A DNA stretch of 64,000 nt from Cryomorpha ignava. Its GTDB lineage: Bacteria; Bacteroidota; Bacteroidia; Flavobacteriales_D; Cryomorphaceae. The translations under genes were made by a program, and so were the position numbers. Below are positions 9,201 through 16,469 of the stretch, piece after piece. The DNA is taken from positions 1-64,000 of the forward strand of contig NZ_JAAGVY010000014.1 in NCBI RefSeq assembly GCF_010686655.1, read 5' to 3'. Within the stretch, counting starts at the first letter, position 1, and the number at the start of each line of letters is the position of its first letter. The notes beneath the pieces are model-generated. The model had not been told where the DNA came from and did no database searches. It saw nothing but the letters and a program-made list of their open reading frames with translations.

Positions 9201-11182
9201 CTCTTATTTTGTGGGAACTCTTAGACATGACCACCAAAGGCGGCGTGTTGAAATACGATCCAAAAGCCAGAGTAGGAGCTATCTATTTCTGGAATTTATA
9301 CTTGAACAAAGAAAAAAGACAAAGCTTAAACAGCGAAATAAAGGGCGCCGGAATAATCCTGAAAGCTTTTCCAAATTCGAATGCGTTTAGCGACTTGATT
9401 GGAAAAATTGAAAGCTTAATGATTGACTTTTCAAATCAGCAATCTGTTTTCCTTCAGGAGAATGTAAAAGATGCAGCCAGTTATTTATTTGCCGAATTAG
9501 CTGACAACGGCATTTTTAGCGTTAGCAAAGGCGCAAGCGATTTTAAAACCGAATTTCAAAAGAACTTAAAAGAGAACAAGCAGGAGAAAAACTATCAGGA
9601 TTCGATTGATTCCATAGATTCTCCAGAAGGGAAATTTACGCTGATAAGAAGTTGGTTGCTCGCTTTCGCGGAAACGCAAACAGGTAATTTTGACACAATT
9701 ATTGATGAAACAGCTCTTGTTTTGGCCGAAAGCGATCAGGAATTCAAATTGGTTGATGCGTCACTAAACGTTTCTATCGAAGGCATTCAAGGTGAGCACT
9801 CCAGAATTGCTAATGGCGAATTAATCGTTGATTACCATAATTATAATAATCGATTAAGAAATTTTCATGCTAAAACAGTACCAGCTTTTCAGCAATTTAA
9901 GGAATTGAAAAAAGAATTAATTGATACTTATCGTGAAGAGCTGAAGCTAAATGAGTTGAAGCCGCGAGTGATGAACTCTTTTGTACGCAATGAATTGATC
10001 AATAAGGTTTATCTGCCAATGATTGGCGATAACCTGGCAAAGCAAATAGGAACGGCCGATGCCAATAAGCGAACAGATTTGATGGGTATGCTGCTACTGA
10101 TTTCTCCGCCGGGATATGGTAAAACCACGCTGATGGAATATATTGCCAGCAGGCTGGGTGTGATTTTTCTGAAAATTAACGGCCCGGCAATTGGGCATGA
10201 AGTTACATCGCTCGACCCAACAGATGCGCCCAACGCGGGAGCGCGAGAAGAAATTGAAAAGCTGAATCTCGGTTTGGAAATGGGCGATAATGTGATGATT
10301 TATCTCGATGATATTCAGCATTGCAACCCCGAGTTTCTACAGAAGTTTATCTCCCTTTGCGATGCCCAGCGAAAGATAGAAGGCGTTTACAAAGGAAAGA
10401 GCAAGACCTATGACTTGCGCGGAAAGAAAGTCTCGGTAGTAATGGCCGGAAATCCATATACCGAAAGCGGCGACAAATTCAAGATTCCGGATATGCTTGC
10501 CAATAGAGCCGACATTTACAATCTGGGCGATATTCTGGGCGGAAACAAACGGGCTTTCGAATTGAGCTATATTGAAAACAGTTTGACATCGAATTCCACT
10601 TTGCGCAAACTGTCCGGAAAGAGCCAGCAAGATCTCTACACATTTATTCAGATCGCCGAAACCGGCGAGAGTGAAGGACTTGATTTTGAGTCAAACCACT
10701 CTGCCGAAGACATTGCTGATTATGTGAACACTTTAAAGAAGCTCATTCAAATTAGGGATGTCGTTTTAAAAGTAAATCAACAATACATTCAGTCGGCAGC
10801 GATGGAAGAGCAATACCGTATGGAGCCTTCGTTTAAGTTGCAGGGCTCGTACCGAAATATGAATAAAATGGCCGAGAGAGTCGTACCGATAATGAATGAA
10901 GATGAGCTGAAAACGCTCATCATGAACAACTACGAAAACGAATCTCAAACATTGACAACCAGCGCCGAGGCAAACTTATTAAAATTCAAATCGCTTATGG
11001 ATTGGCAAACACCAGAAGAAGAAAAACGCTGGCAAGAGTTGATTGCTATTTTTCTGAAAAATCAGAAGATGAAGGGTTTTGGGGGTGATAATCAGATTGG
11101 TTTGATTTTGAATCAGATGGAGGCGCTTTCGGAGGGGCTGTTTGGTATTAAGAATGTGCTGGCTAAGGGGAAGGGGGAGTGA
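6290..11182 (+). CDS. Giant (1630 aa) multidomain protein: N-terminal beta-rich region, ~450-aa coiled-coil, C-terminal AAA_5/MoxR-like AAA+ ATPase domain
   Basis: Uninterrupted ORF. Walker A LLISPPGYGKTT, Walker B VMIYLDDIQH and sensor-1-like VVMAGNPY sit in the last ~350 aa. The central region is heptad-rich and K/E-rich. No match to a named family could be made by eye. Confidence 0.8.
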   Translation: MQEEQENTEEPGTVLEQGTYEIIKDRLLKQGDILRSKLDKLNEARKDVFGAIETTLLTTERITTENNCVPRDMVAIADNFIFGYNVFMGLKSVTLLTDVFNIYEYKDRSFIKKDLELINNQSFIRDFENLYKYYKQTQFAKFAVTGPFLYIIFKIGDNETDIKVFKWQIDGNALIYSEDRAANEFSFPDQQQFRWKKTTRDMFRDGLHPHISIEDQIFVETVGGDLTIKIEDNTEDGKGIFNEPVEYKDQVLHDAEILYSIVGNLIFLKIKPYKENTFRYIIYNKKIQQAMRVDDIENACVLLPEDYGVIFPKGYYLQTGESKIFNTDLNSMLYEKTIESPNGEDFLYIFYNRKSGTYILLSYNLISQTVANPVICHGYSIFGSGEMCYFKGENEAQKHHAIQIWQTPYLLDVADFVGKEDSFLSKIGNKDIVKGMAESNEVLSLIHKKDSYANLYIDIVRKVTGIVDSFYWLDKKEAFNLSATLAEIRTVADSAINEFEKVIKIKKNTQEEFKRVEVEVTALMRALKIAKFKDIDEFVKLLAEIRNIRGQVMSLTDLRYINEAAIENYEEKLKAENEKLSQKCVKFLLKKEALSYYETKVKELSDSVHKLTKVVEANELEEDVLKTSKELEMLIEIVSNLKIEDATQTTTIINNISEIYASFNQINAALKRKRKELFLVEGEAEFHSQLKLISQGIINYLDISDTTEKCEEYLTKLMIQLEELEGKFSEFDEFLDKISEKRTEVYNAFEARKVQLIEKKNKRTSALQASADRILAGVKHRLEGMENMDAINGYMASDLMVDKLRNIVQELIGLGDTVKADEVQGKLKSTQEDAIRQLKDKTDLYDGENLISFGKHKFSVNNQLLDLTIVPRSNAMFYHVTGTNFFEEIKDPKFLATREVWDQELISENNTVYRSEYLALLLFNAISNSKNFTLKDAARWPDERMESFIAEFVAPRYDEGYSKGVHDEDAALILWELLDMTTKGGVLKYDPKARVGAIYFWNLYLNKEKRQSLNSEIKGAGIILKAFPNSNAFSDLIGKIESLMIDFSNQQSVFLQENVKDAASYLFAELADNGIFSVSKGASDFKTEFQKNLKENKQEKNYQDSIDSIDSPEGKFTLIRSWLLAFAETQTGNFDTIIDETALVLAESDQEFKLVDASLNVSIEGIQGEHSRIANGELIVDYHNYNNRLRNFHAKTVPAFQQFKELKKELIDTYREELKLNELKPRVMNSFVRNELINKVYLPMIGDNLAKQIGTADANKRTDLMGMLLLISPPGYGKTTLMEYIASRLGVIFLKINGPAIGHEVTSLDPTDAPNAGAREEIEKLNLGLEMGDNVMIYLDDIQHCNPEFLQKFISLCDAQRKIEGVYKGKSKTYDLRGKKVSVVMAGNPYTESGDKFKIPDMLANRADIYNLGDILGGNKRAFELSYIENSLTSNSTLRKLSGKSQQDLYTFIQIAETGESEGLDFESNHSAEDIADYVNTLKKLIQIRDVVLKVNQQYIQSAAMEEQYRMEPSFKLQGSYRNMNKMAERVVPIMNEDELKTLIMNNYENESQTLTTSAEANLLKFKSLMDWQTPEEEKRWQELIAIFLKNQKMKGFGGDNQIGLILNQMEALSEGLFGIKNVLAKGKGE

Positions 11183-11264
11183 TGATTTTGAGATTTAGAG
11201 CGTGGATTTTTACTAATGTTAAAGACGATTTCAAAAATGTGGAATTGATCCTTAATTTTAAAAA

Positions 11265-11651
11265 ATGAGTAGACCATTAAACTTAAACAGTCAAGGAGAA
11301 GTAGTCAACTTAAAAGAAGGCAGATACGGAGTTTACATACTTGGTGGATTTGGAATTAGTCTTGGTCATTTCTCAATTTCACTTAAACATATAGGAAAAA
11401 ATGAAGAGATTAAAAGTGTGAAAGCCTTTTGGCCAGTACAAACTTTTGTCAATGGAGAAAGAGCGAAAAAAATATTTATTATAAATGTGATTAAATCAGG
11501 ACAATATGAAGTGATATTCCATAATCCCAAAACTGTAGAAGTGAAAAGCTCAAATTTACTAACTAGTTCGTTTTTCAATAGCCCATTGTTAAATGATAAT
11601 TTGGAAGTAATATTTACAAAAAAGCTGGTGCCTTTCGGTTTCGTAAAATAG
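11265..11651 (+). CDS. Hypothetical protein (128 aa) inside the inserted segment
   Basis: An ORF with no recognisable motifs. It lies between the giant gene's stop and the decayed island genes. Confidence 0.35.
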   Translation: MSRPLNLNSQGEVVNLKEGRYGVYILGGFGISLGHFSISLKHIGKNEEIKSVKAFWPVQTFVNGERAKKIFIINVIKSGQYEVIFHNPKTVEVKSSNLLTSSFFNSPLLNDNLEVIFTKKLVPFGFVK

Positions 11652-11736
11652 AAATACACATACTTGTCTTTCAACTTGATGGAATATGGATTTAGAACGC
11701 TTTTTACAGAAATTTCGAATCTAAGTTGAAAAACTA

Positions 11737-11976
11737 TTGACCAAGGTAAAAAACATATTACTGATTGTCCTGCTTATTATAATCGGTATTCCTTTGTTTA
11801 TTCTGGCAATTCCGTTTATGATCCTAGTTGTTATTATTGGATATTTTCAACGGAAAAAATATTCGAAGTTTTTAAGTGACAACAACGGTAAAAATTTCTT
11901 AAACTCGATAAACCTAAAATACGGATATTCTACAATAGACATCAGATCACCAAAAGAAGTTACACATGGAGACTAA
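11737..11976 (+). CDS. Hypothetical small membrane protein (79 aa, two TM helices)
   Basis: ILLIVLLIIIGIPLFILAIPFMILVVIIGYF is a hydrophobic hairpin followed by a basic stretch. Confidence 0.35.
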   Translation: MTKVKNILLIVLLIIIGIPLFILAIPFMILVVIIGYFQRKKYSKFLSDNNGKNFLNSINLKYGYSTIDIRSPKEVTHGD

Positions 11977-12250
11977 TAAAAAGCCAGGCAAAGAATTTCA
12001 TGCCGTGGAATTTATGAGACAGGTACGTGAAGAAATGACCGAACAGTTCATTGAAGACAGACAAAAATACTTGGAGTATTTGAAAAAATCGATCGCAGAT
12101 TTTAAAATCAGGCAGGCTAAAGCATTCAATAAGGAAGGGCTATAGACAATGAGGCAATGGTTTAACGTAATGACGAACTAAGTCACAAGACATTCATTAC
12201 GAAATAAGATAAAGTAGCGATTGAGAGAGATGAATAATTTGACTTTTTAT

Positions 12251-12285
12251 AGCAAATCAGGCTCAAGAGTTAAATCTTGGTTTCA
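12251..12285. repeat. Direct repeat of the 3' end of the HTH gene (tagcaaatcaggctcaagagttaaatcttggtt); second copy at 13270-13304
   Basis: An exact ~34-bp duplication. The downstream copy encodes the C-terminus (LANQAQELNLGYE) of ORF 12851..13309. Confidence 0.6.
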
Positions 12286-12391
12286 AATAATTCAATTATT
12301 TATAGAGTTAAGACACTTCATGCAGCCGAGAATAATCTTATGAAACGGGTAGTTTAAATCTTTGCCGATTTTTATCTTTATTTCAAATCAG

Positions 12392-12705
12392 ATGGCAAAA
12401 GGAAGAACATTACAGGTAAAAGAATCTGCAATTACGCTTATCACTCAAACCGAAATCGACTATATCAGCTTGACCGATATGACTTCGACTTTTAGAGTGG
12501 ATAGCGGTTTAATTGGGAAATAAGATTACCAACAAAAATACGTTGGAAAATTTGGATGTTTGGGAACGCGTAAATAACCAAAGTTTTAATTACCCTGCCA
12601 TACGGCATTCCTTCGGTCGTCGGGGTAATTGAAATGGAAGCCGGAACAAATAGATTCATAATGTCTGTGCGGCAATGGATTAACAGAGTACAAGCAATTG
12701 GATAG
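12392..12705 (+). pseudogene. KilA-N domain protein, multiply frameshifted remnant
   Basis: Three consecutive frame pieces resemble the common Bacteroidota KilA-N protein. They are MAKGRTLQVKESAITLITQTEIDYISLTDM..., then ...NTLENLDVWERVNNQSFNYPAIRHSFGRRGN*, then MEAGTNRFIMSVRQWINRVQAIG*. These match MAK..ISLTDIARY..TIDFLGLWE..NP.F...EAGSNSFTMSPSQWIE.TGAVG, but no single frame is intact. Confidence 0.55.
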
Positions 12706-12850
12706 ATTACGACAAATTGAAGCTAAAGCCCCCGTAAATCACTTTTTATGCTTTTTGACATAAGCTGACTTCTAGTAGCGCTATCGAATATTTCGTTCGT
12801 TTCGTCTATTTCGTTTCAAAATTATTCGTATTTTTGGTAAAAGAAAGATT

Positions 12851-13309
12851 ATGGAAGCAATAACAGAACAAACTACAAAGGCGGATCAAAAAATTGCTCT
12901 TAACTCTTTGGATGCGTTACTAAATGTTTCGAATAGAGTAAAAGCATCACGAAAAACAGGCGTGAAAATTAAAGTTCAAGAAACTGGTGAGTTCATGACA
13001 ATACCTAAAAAAGCCTTGGAGCTTCTTTTTTCTATTGTTCAGAACATGTCTGAGGGAAGATCTATTTCTTTAGTTCCTTCTGATTTGGAAGTAAGTACCC
13101 AGCAAGCAGCAGACATGCTAAATGTTTCGCGACCTTACTTAGTGAAGTTGATAGAGTCTGGTAATATTCCTTTTAAAAAAATTGGAAGCCATAGAAGAAT
13201 TCTATTACAAGATATTATTGCCTATCAATCGAAATTAGCGTGCGAGAGAGAAAAACAACTTGATTTTTTAGCAAATCAGGCTCAAGAGTTAAATCTTGGT
13301 TATGAATGA
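12851..13309 (+). CDS. HTH (excisionase/MerR-like HTH_17) putative antitoxin partner of the PIN gene
   Basis: DMLNVSRPYLVKLIESGNIPFKKIGSHRRILLQDIIAY is a helix-turn-helix excisionase-family motif. It overlaps the PIN ORF start by 4 bp. Confidence 0.5.
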   Translation: MEAITEQTTKADQKIALNSLDALLNVSNRVKASRKTGVKIKVQETGEFMTIPKKALELLFSIVQNMSEGRSISLVPSDLEVSTQQAADMLNVSRPYLVKLIESGNIPFKKIGSHRRILLQDIIAYQSKLACEREKQLDFLANQAQELNLGYE

Positions 13310-13876
13310 TTCACTCACCAGTCTTGACGGTTGTGATAGATGCATGTGTTTTGTATCCAGCCCCTATTAGAGACGTTTTACTTTCAATGGCTTTTGAAGG
13401 CTTATTTGAACCTAAATGGTCTAGAGCTATTCAGGACGAATGGACAGGAAACCTTTTAATTAACAGGGAAGACTTAAATAAAAAACAACTGGATGGAACA
13501 ATTCAAGCAATGAATCGTGCTTTTCCTGATTCAAATGTTCTAAATTTTGAAGAGCTTATTCCGAGCTTGTCATTACCAGATAAAGATGATAGGCATGTTT
13601 TAGCTTGTGCAATAAAATGCAAGGCAGATTTGATTACAACGTTTTAATTTAATAGATTTCCCATCTAAAACAATTGAGAAGTATGGTATTCAGATTCAAA
13701 ATCCAGATGAATTGATTTGTAATTTGATTAATATGAACGAAAAAATAGCTTGCAAGGCTTTTGCAAAAATGATTAGTCGCTTAAAAAATCCGCCTAAAAC
13801 AAAATTTGAAGTGGCAGCAACTTTGAAAAAATGTGGATTGACGAAAAGTTCAAATCGATTGAAAAACTTATGCTGA
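13306..13876 (+). pseudogene. PIN-domain (VapC-like) toxin gene with +1 frameshift in a T4 run
   Basis: Frame 0 reads MIHSPVLTVVIDACVLYPAPIRD...DRHVLACAIKCKADLITTF*, with the stop at 13645-13647. The canonical PIN continuation FNLIDFPSKTIEKYG... is in the +1 frame and reads on to a TGA at 13874-13876. Removing one T from tttt (13642-13645) restores ...ADLITTFNLIDFP... Confidence 0.55.
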
Positions 13877-13932
13877 CCGCTAAGGCAAGCACGCTCACGA
13901 CCGCCGACCGAATGAAGTCCACATGGAGCCTT

Positions 13933-13998
13933 CGTTTAATTTGCAGGGTTTGTTTGGGATTAAGAATGTGCTGGCTAAGGGGAATGGAGATGAGCGAA
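13933..13998 (+). repeat. Internally deleted duplicate of the 3' end of the giant ATPase gene (footprint / att-like repeat)
   Basis: 13933-13960 matches 10819-10846 (atggagccttcgtttaa[g/t]ttgcaggg). 13958-13998 matches 11138-11178 (ctgtttgg.attaagaatgtgctggctaaggggaa.gg.ga). The junction falls at a shared gggct microhomology, which suggests loss of ~290 bp between the two parts. Confidence 0.65.
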
Positions 13999-14060
13999 GT
14001 GAATGAGATAATGGTATACAATAAAAACCTTACAATCAATTATTTAGTTGAAAACAAAAA

Positions 14061-14609
14061 ATGAGATTTAATCCATTTCCCGAAATTAAAACCAAAAGGC
14101 TTTCACTTAGAAAAATTCTAGAGTCAGACTGTGACGAAATTCTATTCTTACGTTCAGATAAAACGGTCAATGCATACATTGAAAGAGCTGAGAATAGAAA
14201 AACTAAGAATATATCTGATGCAATAAAATTCATCAAGAATACAGCTGAATATCTCGAAACAGGCCGGTCAATCGCTTGGGGAATAACTCTAAATGGCGAC
14301 TCAGAAATTATTGGAACAATTTGTTTGTGGAATTTTTCTGAGAACAATAAAATTGCCGAAGTTGGATATGATTTGAACCCTAAATTTCAGGGGAAAGGTA
14401 TTATGAGTGAGACTCTCAGGAAGGTTATCGACTTTGGTTTTAAAGAATTAAAACTTGACAAAATAGAAGCATTCACAAACTCTGAGAATGTACGTTCTAC
14501 AAAACTGTTAGAAAATAACGGCTTTCGCTTAAACGGGGATCGAAAAGATATAGACAATGACTCAAATATTATATTTGAACTTGATAATACCAGTAGCGAA
14601 AATGGATAA
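14061..14609 (+). CDS. GNAT family N-acetyltransferase (RimJ/RimL-like)
   Basis: 182 aa with an acetyl-CoA binding region ...KFQGKGIMSETLRKVIDFGFKELKLDKIEAFTNSENVRSTKLLENNGF. Confidence 0.75.
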   Translation: MRFNPFPEIKTKRLSLRKILESDCDEILFLRSDKTVNAYIERAENRKTKNISDAIKFIKNTAEYLETGRSIAWGITLNGDSEIIGTICLWNFSENNKIAEVGYDLNPKFQGKGIMSETLRKVIDFGFKELKLDKIEAFTNSENVRSTKLLENNGFRLNGDRKDIDNDSNIIFELDNTSSENG

Positions 14610-14682
14610 GAATAATTAGGCAGTTTGGCTGTGATGTTAAGTCACTAAGCTGCAGTTAAATCACGAAATAAAACAAAAAACA

Positions 14683-15084
14683 ATGATCGGATTAGACGAC
14701 AAAAAAGGCCACATAGCCGCATTAATAAAATTGGCAAAAGCCGATGGTGTCATTTCACAATACGAATCGAATTTAATTAAAATGATTGCCATAAGAATGG
14801 GAATCTCAAGCAACGATTTTAATGAAATCGTAATCAATATCGAGAGTGTCAATTCTTTACCGCCATCAAAAAGAGAAGAAAAAGAAGTGTATTTATACAA
14901 CCTTTTTATGCTGATGAAGATTGATTTGAAAACCGATCCTGACGAACAAAAAATGTGCGAAGAGCTTGCGCTACGCTTGGGCTTTGGCGTCGATGAAGTA
15001 AAAAGATCCGGAGAGTTTATGACAGCGAATCTAAGTGAAGTGACTGATTTTGATGATTTTATAAACGTTTTAAATAACAAGTAG
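14683..15084 (+). CDS. TerB-like (tellurite-resistance TerB / DjlA N-terminal-like) domain protein, paralog 1
   Basis: HIAALIKLAKADGVISQYESNLIKMIA...DEQKMCEELALRLGF. It is paralogous to the next ORF. Confidence 0.55.
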   Translation: MIGLDDKKGHIAALIKLAKADGVISQYESNLIKMIAIRMGISSNDFNEIVINIESVNSLPPSKREEKEVYLYNLFMLMKIDLKTDPDEQKMCEELALRLGFGVDEVKRSGEFMTANLSEVTDFDDFINVLNNK

Positions 15085-15087
15085 AGC

Positions 15088-15540
15088 ATGAATTATTGGG
15101 AAAAGATAGTTGCGTTATTTAGGAGTGAAGACAAAAAACCGCCCATTCCGGGCATGGACGATAAAACATCATTGATTTTGCTCTTGATTAAATTGGCGCA
15201 AATAGATGGGCATGTAAACCACTTTGAGCAGATGAACATTCACATGCTTTCAAATACGCTTGGAGTTGACATCAGGGATGTGAACAAATGGCGCGATCAG
15301 TTGGAAGATGTGGTATTGGTTTTACCCAAAACCAAAATAGAACGTGTAGATTATTTCTGGCGATTTGTTACCATGATGAATATGGATTTAAATGCCCACC
15401 CGAAAGAGCAGAGAATGTGCGTAGAACTTGCCGATGCGCTTGGCTTTAGAAAAAGTAGGGTAGAAGAAGCTATGGCTTTTGCGCTTGATAGGAGAAATGG
15501 AGCCATTAAATTTGACGATATGAAGGGAATTTTGGTGTAA
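15088..15540 (+). CDS. TerB-like domain protein, paralog 2
   Basis: LLLIKLAQIDGHVNHFEQMNIHML...KEQRMCVELADALGF. It follows paralog 1 with a 3-bp gap. Confidence 0.55.
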   Translation: MNYWEKIVALFRSEDKKPPIPGMDDKTSLILLLIKLAQIDGHVNHFEQMNIHMLSNTLGVDIRDVNKWRDQLEDVVLVLPKTKIERVDYFWRFVTMMNMDLNAHPKEQRMCVELADALGFRKSRVEEAMAFALDRRNGAIKFDDMKGILV

Positions 15541-15830
15541 TATGTTTTCTTAATCCCGCAACTCAATTCATAAAATATATAGGATATCTGAATCTCATCA
15601 ATCAAGAAATAAATATCATAGCTAAGCCTTGATTGCTGAAAAAATAAGATCAATTCTTAAAAAAAGAAGAACCATGCTCAAAAAGCGTCGTGGAAAAGCA
15701 TTTCTGAATTCTCAAACCCATTAAGCGAAGAAATAGAAGTAAAACAAGCATCCACTACTTGATATCACCAAATTTCGGCCAAAGTAGTCTTCAAGATTGA
15801 ACGGCTCTATGCTCTACTGCTGCCTGAATT

Positions 15831-16331
15831 TCACTTCACAACCTCCCGTTTCGGAAAATCCATATATTCCATTTTCCCTGTGTGGGCAGATACTTCGGCC
15901 CAATCGTCAAAATCAAAAGTAATTTTACAAATACCGCAGGTGGGAAGATTCAGTATGCCGGCACCAGTTAAATAATCTGCCAAATCAGTAAATCCGGGAT
16001 TGTGACCATACATAATCACGGAATTATAACCGTTGTCAAGCCCATTTACTATTATAAGCAATTCGCGTACATGTGCTTCATAGATTTTTGGCTCTTCTTG
16101 TATGTCATCAACTGCATAACCCAATTCCTGAGCCATCAACTTTGCTGTAGTAATCGCTCTTTTGGCCGGGCTGCTAATTATCAAATCTATTTCGTGATCG
16201 CGTTCAGCAAGTCTTTTGCCCATCATAGGCGCATCATGCATGCCACGTTTGTTAAGCGGTCGATCAAAATCATTCATTTGGCTATCTCCCCAGTCTGATT
16301 TTGCATGTCGGTTTAAAAACAAGTGTTTCAT
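15831..16331 (-). CDS. Histidine phosphatase family protein (SixA-like phosphohistidine phosphatase)
   Basis: The N-terminal LNRHAKSDWG (RHG-type catalytic motif) and ~160 aa size fit branch-1 SixA-like histidine phosphatases. Confidence 0.7.
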   Translation of the reverse strand: MKHLFLNRHAKSDWGDSQMNDFDRPLNKRGMHDAPMMGKRLAERDHEIDLIISSPAKRAITTAKLMAQELGYAVDDIQEEPKIYEAHVRELLIIVNGLDNGYNSVIMYGHNPGFTDLADYLTGAGILNLPTCGICKITFDFDDWAEVSAHTGKMEYMDFPKREVVK

Positions 16332-16399
16332 TATTTCAAATTATGGCGGTGAACTAAAAGGAATTGAAAGTAAAAACTTTCTCTTTATAAATATACCAC

Positions 16400-16441
16400 A
16401 AAAAAAAGCGCAGCACTGATAAAAACAGCAACTGCGCTTAA
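16400..16441 (-). terminator. Putative rho-independent terminator downstream of clpB
   Basis: On the minus strand: aagcgcag-(loop)-ctgcgctt followed by a T8 tract (plus-strand A8 at 16401-16408). Confidence 0.45.
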
Positions 16442-16469
16442 ATGTTTATTCTTGAAAACCTATTTTAAA

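Noticed and set aside
11978-12130. 43-codon ORF (MRQVREEMTEQFIEDRQKYLEYLKKSIADFKIRQAKAFNKEGL) just downstream of the 79-aa membrane protein gene
   Set aside because: It is below any reasonable length threshold and has no motif support. It may be a real micro-protein or a gene fragment, but this cannot be supported from sequence alone.
13831-14064. 77-aa ORF on the plus strand overlapping the end of the PIN pseudogene and the duplicated giant-gene fragment
   Set aside because: It reads the gene-end remnant in the wrong frame. It is best explained as a chance ORF across pseudogene and footprint DNA.
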